The notes: generated from the sequence alone by a model not told the origin. Positions 1 to 8,633 are shown, numbered from the stretch's first letter. The stretch: DNA of 32,000 nt from Phycisphaera mikurensis NBRC 102666 (GCF_000284115.1 NC_017080.1:1380001-1412000), one strand, 5' to 3'. Translations and numbers: made by a program.

Positions 1-1
1 C

Positions 2-79
2 CAGCCGGAGCTGACCGAGCAGCGGGTGAAGGACTGGGTCGAGCAGGTCAAGCGAGAGCTTGAGGCCGTGCCGGCCTGA
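2..79 (+). CDS. 3' end of an unidentified CDS entering from upstream of the window (partial)
   Basis: Frame 2 reads QPELTEQRVKDWVEQVKRELEAVPA followed by TGA at 77-79. Third codon positions are G/C-dominated like the confident genes here. Too short to assign a family. Confidence 0.35.
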   Translation, partial: QPELTEQRVKDWVEQVKRELEAVPA

Positions 80-102
80 TCCGGGCGGGAAGCGCCGGCT
101 GA

Positions 103-120
103 CGGGGGCGGCTGCCCCCG
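103..120 (+). terminator. GC hairpin after the partial CDS (candidate terminator)
   Basis: CGGGGGC-GGCT-GCCCCCG: a 7-bp perfect stem with a 4-nt loop, 24 nt after the stop. No T-tract. Confidence 0.3.
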
Positions 121-238
121 CGTTGAAGCTTTGGGAGCGTCGATCGCACCGCTGGAGCCTGCCCCCGCGGCGGGCTGTCCGTGCGCTCGCCGCTGCCGCT
201 CCGAGGCGCTGGTTCCGGCGATCACTGGGGGGGAAATC

Positions 239-253
239 CGCAAAAGGTTGCGA
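239..253 (+). promoter_or_regulatory. AT-rich palindromic motif CGCAAAAGGTTGCGA (candidate operator) upstream of the sigma region-4-like gene
   Basis: Inverted repeat CGCAA/TTGCG lying 70 nt upstream of the ATG at 323. The strings CGCAAAA and AAGGTTGCGA recur at 29613-29632. AT-rich words like these are rare in this GC-rich window. Confidence 0.35.
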
Positions 254-322
254 GGGTCGTTCAGTCTGTGCCGAAGAAGGGCGATAGACGGGCGAACCTC
301 CTTCCCTCCTCCAAGGAACCTC

Positions 323-544
323 ATGCGTCTTCCCCACGACCCGATCCGCGACAACCTCCACGACCTTGTTCGCGGGCTCGACGGCCGCGAGAAAGCGATC
401 GTCATGCTGTACTACGCGGACGAGCTCCAGCCCGAGGAGGTCAGTGCCGTGATGGAGTTGCCGGTGACGGTGATCACCGCGACGCTGAGGTCGTTCCGCG
501 CCTCCGCCGCGACCATCCTCGCTCCGCGGCTCCTCGCCGCCTGA
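323..544 (+). CDS. Small stand-alone sigma-70 region 4-like (ECF-type r4_2) HTH protein, 73 aa
   Basis: ATG at 323 is preceded by AAGGAA. The sequence LDGREKAIVMLYYADELQPEEVSAVMELPVTVITATLRSFRASAA follows the region-4 pattern (L-x-x-R-E-x-x-x-L-x-Y-x-x-x-L-x-x-x-E-I/V-A-x-x-x-x-x-P-x-x-T-V-x-x-x-L-x-R). No region-2-like sequence in any frame of 80-322. Confidence 0.55.
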   Translation: MRLPHDPIRDNLHDLVRGLDGREKAIVMLYYADELQPEEVSAVMELPVTVITATLRSFRASAATILAPRLLAA

Positions 545-597
545 GCGGGATCGCGTCGCCTCGGTGCGCCGCGTGCTCGGCACGCGGCGCCGGCGGA

Positions 598-1311
598 TCA
601 GCGGGGCGCAAGGCTTCGTCCGCCGACCGCTGCGCTCACGTCCGCCACGCGGCCGGGGCCCACGGCGTACACCCGGTCGCCCGGCCGCGGGCGGATCGGG
701 TGTACGCCGGTGAAGGCCCCGAAGGCGGGCAGCAGGGCGGTGCTCCCGCGGAACAGGAAGCAGGGCATCCGCATGCGGTCCCGGCCGGTTCTGATCGACA
801 CCGCCGGGTGCAGGTGCCCGCAGAAGGTCGGCGTCGCTCCGTCGCCGCAGGGCTCCGCGAGGCCGGCCGCGGGCTCGTGCGCGAAGGCGACCCCGCCGTC
901 CCCGATCGGGCCGTTGACGCACCGGATCCGCAGCGAAGCGGGCGGGTCGCCGGCGTGGCGGTCGTGGTTCCCGCGGACGTTCTCGATCCGCAGCTCCGGC
1001 CAGGCGGCCCGGAAGGCCTCGAGGCGGCCGAGCACGGCGTCGGTCACCCCCTGGCGGTTGTGGAAGAGGTCGCCGAGGACGACCAGCCGCCTCGCCCCGA
1101 CAGCGCGGAGCAGCGCGTCGAGGCGGCCGAGCGTGTCGCCGTCGGCGCCGTCCGGCACCGGGATGCCGGAGGCGCGGAAGTGATCGGACTTGCCGAGGTG
1201 CAGGTCCGTCACCAGCACCGTGGCGTCGCGGACGCGTACCAGCGCCCGCTCGGCACGGACCTCCCAATCGTCGCCGCCGAAGCGGGTGTGCAGCGTCATC
1301 GCGAGGATCAT
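598..1311 (-). CDS. pdeM: Ligase-associated DNA damage response endonuclease PdeM-type metallophosphoesterase
   Basis: 237-aa ORF with calcineurin-like phosphoesterase motifs: TDLHLGK, LVVLGDLFH, GNHD and GHLHP. The PdeM-typical C-terminal block LPAFGAFTG is present. An alternative start exists at 1299. Confidence 0.8.
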   Translation of the reverse strand: MILAMTLHTRFGGDDWEVRAERALVRVRDATVLVTDLHLGKSDHFRASGIPVPDGADGDTLGRLDALLRAVGARRLVVLGDLFHNRQGVTDAVLGRLEAFRAAWPELRIENVRGNHDRHAGDPPASLRIRCVNGPIGDGGVAFAHEPAAGLAEPCGDGATPTFCGHLHPAVSIRTGRDRMRMPCFLFRGSTALLPAFGAFTGVHPIRPRPGDRVYAVGPGRVADVSAAVGGRSLAPR

Positions 1312-1375
1312 GGGGATGGGACTCCTTTCCGAGGGAAGCGGCTCTCCTTCCGTGGAAGCCGCGGACCGTGAGCGT

Positions 1376-2569
1376 TCAGGCGGGAATCAGCCGGCGGTCC
1401 GCGGATCCGCGGAGGCTCGGCTTGCCGGTCGCCCCGTCGCGGACGACCTCGCGGTAGAGCGTGTCCCGCTCGACGGGCGTGTACCCGGCCTCGGCGATGG
1501 TCCGCTCCAGCACCGGCACGCTGACCTCCTGGTGCGTCGGCCTCGCGTCCTCGCTCTGGACCTTGGTGATGTCGTACCAGACGACGGTGCCGTCGATGTC
1601 GTCGGCGCCGAAGTCGAGCATCACCTGGGCCATCGGCAGCGTCTGCATGATCCAGAATGCCTTGAGATGCTCGACGTTGTCGAGCATCAGCCGGGCGACG
1701 GCGATCGTGCGGAGGTTCTCCATCCCGGTCGGCCCCGGCAGGTGCTCCAGCGGGCTGCCGTCGGGGAAGAAGGGCAGCGGGATGAGGCACTGGAAGCGGG
1801 CGGGGAAGCCGCTGTCGATCGCCACGTCCTGCTCGTCGCGGAGCGCGAGCAGGTGATTCAGCCGGTTCTCGCGGCTCTCCAGGTGCCCGTAGAGCATCGT
1901 CGCGTTCGTGAAGAGCCCCAGCTCGTGCGCGACGCGGTGCACGGTCAGCCACTCGTCGCTGCGGATCTTGCCCCGCCACGCCTCGCGGTGCACGCGGTCG
2001 TCGAAGACCTCGGCCCCGCCGCCGGGCAGCGAGTCGAGCCCCGCCGCCTGGAGGTCCTGGAGCACCGAACGCACGCCGCCGGCGAAGTCGCTCCGCAACG
2101 CCCGCTTGCTCACGCGGGCGAAGTGCACGATCTCCACCGCCGTGAAGGCCTTGAGGTGCAGGCCGGGCGCGACGGCCTTGAGCCCGGCGAGCAGGTCGGT
2201 GTAGTAGCGGAAGGGCAGCTTGGGGTGGAGCCCGCCGACGATGTGCATCTCCGTGGCGCCGGCCGCCTCGGCCTCGACCGCCTCCGCCTGGGCCTGCTCC
2301 ACGGTGTACGCGTACGCCCCCGCCTGGCCCGGCTTCCGCTGGAACTCGCAGAACTTGCAGCTGAGCACGCAGACGTTGGAGTAGTTCAGGTGCCGGTTGA
2401 CGTTGTAGAAAGCCCGGTCCCCGTGCATCCGCCGCCGCACGCCCCCGGCGAGCTCGCCGACGCCCCAGAGGTCGGGCGTCTCGAAGAGCACCCGGCCGTC
2501 GCCGAGTCCGAGGCGCTCGCCGCCATCGAGCTTCTCGGCGATCTCCTGCAGCCGTGGGTCGTTCCGCAT
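1376..2569 (-). CDS. mqnE: Radical SAM enzyme of the MqnE/MqnC/CofH family, most like aminofutalosine synthase MqnE (futalosine menaquinone pathway)
   Basis: 397 aa. Radical SAM cluster motif CVLSCKFC. Family blocks HIVGGLHP, TAVEI, SLPGGGAEVF, NATMLYGHLE and IPLPFFP. The MqnE-versus-MqnC subfamily call is from memory and less certain than the family call. Confidence 0.75.
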   Translation of the reverse strand: MRNDPRLQEIAEKLDGGERLGLGDGRVLFETPDLWGVGELAGGVRRRMHGDRAFYNVNRHLNYSNVCVLSCKFCEFQRKPGQAGAYAYTVEQAQAEAVEAEAAGATEMHIVGGLHPKLPFRYYTDLLAGLKAVAPGLHLKAFTAVEIVHFARVSKRALRSDFAGGVRSVLQDLQAAGLDSLPGGGAEVFDDRVHREAWRGKIRSDEWLTVHRVAHELGLFTNATMLYGHLESRENRLNHLLALRDEQDVAIDSGFPARFQCLIPLPFFPDGSPLEHLPGPTGMENLRTIAVARLMLDNVEHLKAFWIMQTLPMAQVMLDFGADDIDGTVVWYDITKVQSEDARPTHQEVSVPVLERTIAEAGYTPVERDTLYREVVRDGATGKPSLRGSADRRLIPA

Positions 2570-2752
2570 CGCCGCCGACGATAGGTCGCGCCGGTGCGTG
2601 CTCGGGCGCGGGGAGGCTCGGCCCCGTCTGCTCCCAGCTGGGTTCGCTCGGCGTCCAGGTCGTGCCGGCCCCTCCCGAGCGTCCGCGCGGCCGGACAGGT
2701 CTTACATTGCCGGATTCCGATTCCTCCAAGGCGGCCGTCCCGCACCCCTGTC

Positions 2753-4066
2753 ATGCCCAAGATCTACTTCCCCGACGTCCAGAAGATCGTCTACGCCGGT
2801 CCGGACTCGACCGACCCCTTGACCTTCAAGCACTACGACCCCGAGGCGCTCGTCGAGGGCAAGAGCATGCGCGACCACCTCCGCTTCTCGGCGAGCTACT
2901 GGCACGCGATGGTGCAGGGCGCGGCGGACCCCTTCGGCGGGCCCACGCGGCCGCTGCCCTGGACGGAAGCGAGCGACCCGGTGCAGGCGGCGCGGGACAC
3001 GCTCGATGCGATGTTCGAGTTCCTCCAGAAGATGGACCTGGGCTTCTGGTGCTTCCACGACCGCGACATCGCCCCCGAGCTCGAAACGCTCGAGGCGACC
3101 AACGCCGCCTTCGACGAGATCGTGGGCCTCGCGGAGGAGAAGCAGCGGGAAACGGGGATCAAGCTGCTCTGGGGCACCGCCAACCTCTTCAGCCACAAGC
3201 GATACATGGCCGGCGCCGGCACGTCGCCGTGCCCGGAGGTGTTCGCGCACGGAGCGGCGCAGATCAAGAAGGCCCTGGAGGCCACGCACCGCCTCGGTGG
3301 CGCCGGCTACACCTTCTGGGGCGGCCGCGAGGGCTACGACACGCTCCTGAACACGCGCCTCTCGGCGGAGCTCGGACGCTTCGCGAAGCTCTTGAGGCTT
3401 GCCGTCGACCACAAGAGAAAGATCGGCTTCACCGGGGCTTTCTACATCGAGCCAAAGCCCTGCGAGCCGACGACCTTCCAGTACGACAACGACGCCGCGG
3501 CTTGCTACGCCTTCCTCCAGCACCACGGCCTGGAGAAGGAGTTCAGCATGAACATCGAGGCCAACCACGCGACGCTGGCGGGGCGGGCCTTCGAGCACGA
3601 GCTGGCCTACTCGGCCGAGCACGGGATCCTCGGCAGCGTCGACGCGAACCGCGGCGACCCGATGCTCGGCTGGGACACCGACCAGTTCCCGACGAATCTG
3701 TACGACACCACCGCCGCGATGGGCGTGATCCTGGGGATGGGTGGCTTCACGACCGGCGGCCTCAACTTCGATGCCCGGCTGCGTCGGCAGAGCGTCGAAC
3801 CTTACGACCTCTTCCACGCCCACATCGGCGGGATGGATGCGTTCGCCCGGGGGCTCAAGGCCGCGGCCAAGATCCGTGCCGAGGGCCGGATCGAGGCGCT
3901 CGTCGCGGAGCGCTACCGAGGGTGGGAGAGCGAGCTGGGCCGGAAGATCGACGCCGGCGAGGCGAGCCTCGATTCGCTCTTCGAGCACGCCGTGAAGGCG
4001 GACGTCGGGTCCGCGCCCGCCGGTCGGCAGGAGCGGCTGGAGAACCTGCTCAACGAGGCGATCTGA
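2753..4066 (+). CDS. xylA: Xylose isomerase (class II)
   Basis: 437 aa from the ATG at 2753 (MPKIYFP...). Hallmark blocks FSASYWH, FWCFHDRD, FWGGREGY, FYIEPKP, NIEANHATLAG, GSVDANRGD and GWDTDQFP. The ORF-track start at 2594 is a GC-driven extension. Confidence 0.95.
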   Translation: MPKIYFPDVQKIVYAGPDSTDPLTFKHYDPEALVEGKSMRDHLRFSASYWHAMVQGAADPFGGPTRPLPWTEASDPVQAARDTLDAMFEFLQKMDLGFWCFHDRDIAPELETLEATNAAFDEIVGLAEEKQRETGIKLLWGTANLFSHKRYMAGAGTSPCPEVFAHGAAQIKKALEATHRLGGAGYTFWGGREGYDTLLNTRLSAELGRFAKLLRLAVDHKRKIGFTGAFYIEPKPCEPTTFQYDNDAAACYAFLQHHGLEKEFSMNIEANHATLAGRAFEHELAYSAEHGILGSVDANRGDPMLGWDTDQFPTNLYDTTAAMGVILGMGGFTTGGLNFDARLRRQSVEPYDLFHAHIGGMDAFARGLKAAAKIRAEGRIEALVAERYRGWESELGRKIDAGEASLDSLFEHAVKADVGSAPAGRQERLENLLNEAI

Positions 4067-4070
4067 AGAG

Positions 4071-4087
4071 AGCGGCCTCCGGCCGCT
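4071..4087. terminator. Hairpin in the 32-bp gap between convergent xylA and the zinc-ribbon gene
   Basis: AGCGGCC-TCC-GGCCGCT: a 7-bp perfect stem located between the stops at 4066 and 4099. Could act bidirectionally. No T-tract. Confidence 0.35.
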
Positions 4088-4098
4088 TCGGATCGGCT

Positions 4099-5517
4099 TC
4101 AGGCCGCTTCGGCGAGGCCCTCGTCTTCCGTCTCGACCTTGAGGTTCTCCGCCACCGCCTCCAGCGCGTCGAAGAGCAGGGCCGCGTCGCCGCGGAGCAC
4201 GTTGCACATCGGCCGCATCTCGCCACCGGCGGGCAGAGCCGCGAGGCCGAAGGTGGCGTTCCGGGCCCGCACGAAGAGGGTGAGGGGCTCGCTGAGCGGC
4301 AGCGACCAGGTCGTCCGGTAGAGGTGGAAGACCAGCCGCTGGTCGGTGACGAGGATGCCGCCGAGCCCCGCGTCCTTCTCGGAGCTGTGGCTGTCGCGGG
4401 CGTAGGCGCGGAAGTGCTCGCCCTTGCGGAACGTGCACCACATGCCGATGCGGTCGCGGGTGCTCTGGGGGAGCCGCGTCCAGGCTTCGGAGCTGACCCG
4501 GGAGCCCTTCTGCTGGAGCAGGGCGAAGCTCTCGTGGCAGATCCCGTTCACGGCGGCGACCCAGGCCAGCGCCGCCTCGGGGGACGGGATCACGACCTCG
4601 CAGTAGCCGGCGTGGGCGGCGGTGTTGCTGATGTGCGCCTCGCACGCCAGCGACGACTCGTGGTGGCCGGCCGAGACCGCGTAGGGCATGGCCAGGTTCA
4701 GCGGCGGCGGCAGCTCCTCGAGCAGCCCGGTCTCCTCCACGAAGGCGGCGGCGCTGTATTTGCCACGGATCGCCTTCTCGTTCCGCAGCTCGACCATCCG
4801 CACGAGCTCGTCGCCGTCCTCGTGCTGGTTGTTGAAGACCATCGGGCGTGCGTAGGCGTTGCCTCCGAGGGGCTTGCCGCTGAAAACGCAGATCCCCGGA
4901 ACCGAGGCCCGGAAGCGGGGGTCGCGCAGCTGCTCCATCGGGAAGCACAAGCGGATCCCGACCGCGGAGATGCTGCGCACCATGAGAAAGGGGCCCGGGT
5001 TGGCGTCGACCGGGTAGCCGGCTGGAGGCGCGGCGGCGGCGGTCGCGGCGGCCGCGACACGCGGAGCGGGCGTCGCGGCTTGCGACGCGGGAGCGGGAGC
5101 GGCCGGCGGGCGCGGTGCGCCGGCCGCCGGCTTCGCCCGGGCGGCGGGCTCGGGCTCGGGCGCCCGCTCCCGCAGCGCGTCCAGCGCGTCCTCGTCCTCC
5201 TCGCTCAGCTCGTCCGTCTCCCGGGCGCGGGCGGCCTGCCGGGCCGCCCGGTCGAACTTCTTCGGCGGGGCGAAGGCATCGTGGGTGCCGAACTCGCGGT
5301 CCTCGCTGAGCATGTCGGAGAGGAAGTCGCCGAGCTCCTCGTCGACGTTGACCGCCCGGGCGGGCTTGGGCTCGGGCTTGGGCGCTTGGAGCGCCGGCAC
5401 GCGCACGACCTCCTTGCAGCTGCCGCAGCGGGCCCGCCTCCCGGCGGCTTCGCCGGGGAGCCGGATGCGCTGGCGGCAGCCGGGGCAGTCGAACTTGATC
5501 ACCGCGGGGAGAGCCAT
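4099..5517 (-). CDS. Hypothetical protein: N-terminal zinc ribbon, Pro/Ala/Glu-rich linker, C-terminal globular region with a bacterial-PH-like end
   Basis: 472 aa. CPGC-x17-CGSC zinc ribbon at the N-terminus. Low-complexity linker (PEPKP, APEPEPAARAKPAAGAPRPPAAPAPA). The C-terminal stretch GGILVTDQRLVFHLY resembles bPH/YokE-like domains. Third positions are G/C-rich throughout. Confidence 0.75.
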   Translation of the reverse strand: MALPAVIKFDCPGCRQRIRLPGEAAGRRARCGSCKEVVRVPALQAPKPEPKPARAVNVDEELGDFLSDMLSEDREFGTHDAFAPPKKFDRAARQAARARETDELSEEDEDALDALRERAPEPEPAARAKPAAGAPRPPAAPAPASQAATPAPRVAAAATAAAAPPAGYPVDANPGPFLMVRSISAVGIRLCFPMEQLRDPRFRASVPGICVFSGKPLGGNAYARPMVFNNQHEDGDELVRMVELRNEKAIRGKYSAAAFVEETGLLEELPPPLNLAMPYAVSAGHHESSLACEAHISNTAAHAGYCEVVIPSPEAALAWVAAVNGICHESFALLQQKGSRVSSEAWTRLPQSTRDRIGMWCTFRKGEHFRAYARDSHSSEKDAGLGGILVTDQRLVFHLYRTTWSLPLSEPLTLFVRARNATFGLAALPAGGEMRPMCNVLRGDAALLFDALEAVAENLKVETEDEGLAEAA

Positions 5518-5566
5518 GGCCTCTTCTTCGGCCGAAACGGCGGGGCGGTGAAGCGGCCGCCGGCGC

Positions 5567-6361
5567 TCAAGGCGTCGATGCGGCCGGATCGGTCAGGCCC
5601 GCCTCGCGGAAGCCGGCGGCCCGCAGGTGGCAGGCGTCGCAGCGCCCGCAGGCCCGGCCGCTCGCCGCCGGCGCGTAGCAGCTCAGGGTGTCGCCGTAGT
5701 CGACGCCGAGCGCGGTGCCCCGGCGGATGATCTCCGCCTTGGAGAGGCGGATCAGCGGGGCGTGGACGCGGAAGCCGCCGGTGGGCGACGCCTCCACGCC
5801 CGCTCTGGTGGCGAGGTTCGCGAGCCTCTCGAAGGCCTCGACGAAAGCCGGGCGGCAGTCGGGGTAGCCGGAGTAGTCCACCGCGTTGACGCCGATGAAG
5901 AGGTCGCGGGCGCCCGTGGCCTCGGCGAGGGCCAGCGCCACGCTCAGGAACACGGTGTTCCGCGCCGGGACGTAGGTCGGCGGGATGCCGGGATCCGGCG
6001 GCTGCTGGCCGTCCCGCTGCGGCACCTCGATCGCCGCATCCGTCAGCGCCGAGCCGCCGAAGGCAGAGAGGTCGAGGTCGACGACGCGGTGGTCCGCGAC
6101 GCCGGCGGCGTCGGCCACCCGGGCCGCCGCCGCCAGCTCGTCCCCGTGCCGCTGCCCGTAGCGGAACGAGAGGGCGGTCACCCGGAAACCTTCTCGCTTC
6201 GCGATCGCCAGGACCGTCGCGGAGTCCAGCCCCCCCGAGAGGAGCACCACCGCCCGGCGGATCGGCGGCGTGGGCGTGCCGGACGGGGCGGGGGCGGTGT
6301 CGGCTTCCACGGCCGCAAGGTAGCGCCCGGCTCCACCGGGCGTCCCTACGGTGCCCGCCAT
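5567..6361 (-). CDS. queC: 7-cyano-7-deazaguanine (preQ0) synthase QueC
   Basis: PP-loop [10 protein letters not shown]. Blocks [11 protein letters not shown] and DYSGYPDC. Zinc cysteines C-x10-CGRCDAC at the C-terminus. Start is ambiguous: ATG 6361, GTG 6310, or a GTG directly before VLLSGG near 6256. Canonical QueC has only 5-8 residues before the PP-loop. Confidence 0.9.
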   Translation of the reverse strand: MAGTVGTPGGAGRYLAAVEADTAPAPSGTPTPPIRRAVVLLSGGLDSATVLAIAKREGFRVTALSFRYGQRHGDELAAAARVADAAGVADHRVVDLDLSAFGGSALTDAAIEVPQRDGQQPPDPGIPPTYVPARNTVFLSVALALAEATGARDLFIGVNAVDYSGYPDCRPAFVEAFERLANLATRAGVEASPTGGFRVHAPLIRLSKAEIIRRGTALGVDYGDTLSCYAPAASGRACGRCDACHLRAAGFREAGLTDPAASTP

Positions 6362-6713
6362 GATCGACGCCGACCTGCTCGAGTTCTTCCCCAACCCCGC
6401 TCCGGACCAGCCCTACCTCATCGAGCACGTGCACGAGGAGTTCACCAGCGTGTGCCCGAAGACCGGGCACCCGGACTTCGGCGAGGTCGTGATCCGGTAC
6501 CGCCCCGGAGAAGCCTGCGTCGAGCTCAAGAGCCTGAAGATCTACTTCCAGGGCTTCCGCGACGCGGGCATCTTCTACGAGGCGGTCACCAACCGCGTCG
6601 CCGACGACCTGCACGAGGCCATGAAGCCGCGCACGCTCGAGGTCGAGACCCGCTGGCGGGGCCGCGGCGGGATCCGCTCGGTCATCACCGCCACCCGCGG
6701 CGAGGCGGGTTGA
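6360..6713 (+). CDS. queF: NADPH-dependent 7-cyano-7-deazaguanine reductase QueF (short, type I)
   Basis: [14 protein letters not shown] (catalytic Cys block), [10 protein letters not shown] and RGRGGI. Start is ATG 6360 or the in-frame GTG at 6351. Confidence 0.9.
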   Translation: MIDADLLEFFPNPAPDQPYLIEHVHEEFTSVCPKTGHPDFGEVVIRYRPGEACVELKSLKIYFQGFRDAGIFYEAVTNRVADDLHEAMKPRTLEVETRWRGRGGIRSVITATRGEAG

Positions 6714-6733
6714 TGCACGCTGCGCAAGCGACC

Positions 6734-6757
6734 GCGGGAGCCCCGGGGGGCTCCCGC
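6734..6757. terminator. Near-perfect 24-nt GC palindrome between convergent queF and the protease gene (candidate bidirectional terminator)
   Basis: GCGGGAGCCCC-GG-GGGGCTCCCGC with 11-nt arms. A second hairpin, CCGCGGGC-N10-GCCCGCGG, lies at 6778-6803 next to the protease stop. Confidence 0.45.
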
Positions 6758-6809
6758 TGAGAGGAGAATCCGGAGGACCGCGGGCGCTGGAGCCAGCCCG
6801 CGGCCGCGG

Positions 6810-8633
6810 TCAGCGCGACTGCAGGCGACGCCGGCGGGAGGCGAGGACGCCCAGCCCGGCGAGCATCGCGAGCGTGGTCGGCTCGGGGACGACGCGGAAG
6901 GCGTCGACCCGGGCGTTGAGATCCGCCACGCTGAGCCCCGTCACCTCCGAGAAGCCGGTGATGTCATCCCGCGTGACGAGGCCGTCCTGCGTGAAGTCGC
7001 CGAGCAGGTTCGCGATCTGGAGGAACTGCTGCCCCTGCCGCGGGTCGCCGTCGGGGGTAAGCCCCTCGGCGATCGCGATCGCCCGCGCGAAGGCATCGGC
7101 GTCGGCGACGTCGGTGTTCATCGAGAGGTTCATGTCGCCGGCGGGCGGCACGCCGAAGTCCGGGTCGCCCGCGCCCTCCGGGACAACGAAGTCGTCGGGC
7201 GCGTTCCGGTGGACCAGGATCCCGTCGCCGCGGTCTTCGTACTGGCTGGCGTCGAAACGCTTCAGGTACCCGAACGTGCTCGGCTCGACCAGCATCTCCT
7301 CGTTGCCGTAGCCCTCGACGAGCGACTCCGCGAAGCTCGGCAGGCTCTCGTCGATGTAGGCGCGGAGGGCCTGCTCGACGTCGGCTTCGGAGGCATCCTC
7401 GTCGAGGTTCAGCACGGCCGCGGTCTGGGTGATGGACTGCGAGGGATTCCCGCCCGCCAGCTGCATCAGCTCGCTGTAGCCGAGCTCGGGGCCGATCTCC
7501 TCGTCGAAGTAGAGCTGCAGGAGCCCCGCTTGCCGCTGCTGGATGGACGCCAGCTGCGCCGTCGAGACCTGCATGGTGTTCGGGTCCGCCTCGGGATCCG
7601 GGTCCGGCGTCGGATCCGGGAGGTCGGGATCGTCGCCGTCGGGGATCAGCTCGGGGTTGAAGTTGAAGATCGACACCGGGTTGCCCGGGGACCCGCGGAA
7701 CGCGCCGAGCTGGCTGCGGGTGTCCGCATCCGAGAGCACGGTGCTCTCGCCGAGCGTGTCCTGGATGTTGTCGTAGAAGTCCTTGTAAGCCGCCGCGCGG
7801 ACCTCGCTGGCGATCGTCGTGAACTGGCTGAAGCCCTGGCCGAAGCTGACCACGCCCGCGATCTCGCCGTCGATGAACGTCGGCGAGCCGGAGTCGCCGA
7901 AGCTCGTCTGCCACTCCAGCGGCAGGCGGAAATCCTGCAGGCTGTCGCGGCCGGGAAGAATCGCGTCGTCCTCGTTGCCGAACTCGCCGCTGTAGTACTG
8001 CTCGTAGAAGCTCTCGAAGGGTGCGGCTTCCCCCGGGTTGAAGTCGAAGTCGTGGCTGATGATCTGCCGGCCGCGGCCCCCCGCGCTGTCGTAGTGGTTG
8101 TACCCGCCGCGGCGGACGCCGTCGTAGATGAAGTCGGCACCGAAGAGCCCCGTGCCCGTCGTGCCGTAGCCAACGTGCTTGAAGTCCTGCCCGACGGGAT
8201 CCCCCTCGTAGATGTCGTACCGCTTCAGAGCGTCCGAGACGTCGTCCTCCAGGCGGACCAGCGCGACGTCGCCCCGGCCGAAGCCCTGGAAGACGTTGTA
8301 GTCGGTCGGGATGTACCAGTCCCTCGCCGTGTAGTTCAGCGAGTTGCTCCCGTCGGCCGTCGCGTTGCCGAAGCGCAGCTCGATCTGCGGGGCGTCGACG
8401 ATGACGTGGGCGGCGGTGAGGAAGTAGCGGTCGCCGATCAGCGCACCGGAGCCCGTGAACTGGCCGTTGATGTACACGGCGCCCACGCCGTTCTCCTGCT
8501 GGCCGATCAGCCGGTTGAAGCCGTCGAAGGATTCGTCGACGTTGATCCCGGCGGAGGCCGAGCCGGCGGTCGTCGCCGCGAGGAGCGTCCCGGTGAACGC
8601 TGCCCCGGACGGGAAGATTCGGAAGTGCTGCAT
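6810..8633 (-). CDS. Secreted trypsin-like (S1 family) serine peptidase with a dockerin/EF-hand-like repeat and a C-terminal PEP-CTERM sorting signal
   Basis: 607 aa. N-terminal signal-like segment. Catalytic-triad contexts LTAAHV (His), GDVALVRL (Asp) and FGDSGSP (Ser). Acidic Pro/Asp linker PDGDDPDLPDPTPDPDPEADP. GDFTQDGLVTRDDI repeat. The C-terminus VPEPTTLAMLAGLGVLASRRRR has the PEP motif, a TM helix and an Arg cluster. Confidence 0.85.
   Translation of the reverse strand: MQHFRIFPSGAAFTGTLLAATTAGSASAGINVDESFDGFNRLIGQQENGVGAVYINGQFTGSGALIGDRYFLTAAHVIVDAPQIELRFGNATADGSNSLNYTARDWYIPTDYNVFQGFGRGDVALVRLEDDVSDALKRYDIYEGDPVGQDFKHVGYGTTGTGLFGADFIYDGVRRGGYNHYDSAGGRGRQIISHDFDFNPGEAAPFESFYEQYYSGEFGNEDDAILPGRDSLQDFRLPLEWQTSFGDSGSPTFIDGEIAGVVSFGQGFSQFTTIASEVRAAAYKDFYDNIQDTLGESTVLSDADTRSQLGAFRGSPGNPVSIFNFNPELIPDGDDPDLPDPTPDPDPEADPNTMQVSTAQLASIQQRQAGLLQLYFDEEIGPELGYSELMQLAGGNPSQSITQTAAVLNLDEDASEADVEQALRAYIDESLPSFAESLVEGYGNEEMLVEPSTFGYLKRFDASQYEDRGDGILVHRNAPDDFVVPEGAGDPDFGVPPAGDMNLSMNTDVADADAFARAIAIAEGLTPDGDPRQGQQFLQIANLLGDFTQDGLVTRDDITGFSEVTGLSVADLNARVDAFRVVPEPTTLAMLAGLGVLASRRRRLQSR

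Noticed and set aside
231-266. ECF-type promoter reading (GGAAAT ... GTCGTT) upstream of the region-4 gene
   Set aside because: The spacing between the AAT and CGT elements is about 20 nt, longer than the usual 16-17, and the -35 is not the GGAAC consensus. I kept only the palindromic motif as a feature.
2554-5730. 1058-aa plus-strand ORF, together with the 748-aa minus-strand ORF at 2702-4948, spanning xylA and the zinc-ribbon gene
   Set aside because: The translations are Arg/Gly/Pro/Ala low-complexity strings with no recognisable motifs, and they overlap genes with unmistakable family signatures in other frames. This is the typical stop-codon-poor artefact of ~70% GC DNA.
6256-6362. preQ1 riboswitch upstream of queC or queF
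   Set aside because: There is little or no untranslated space. I see no A-rich tail or CUA-containing pseudoknot-like sequence typical of preQ1-I/II aptamers. A covariance-model scan would be needed to be sure.
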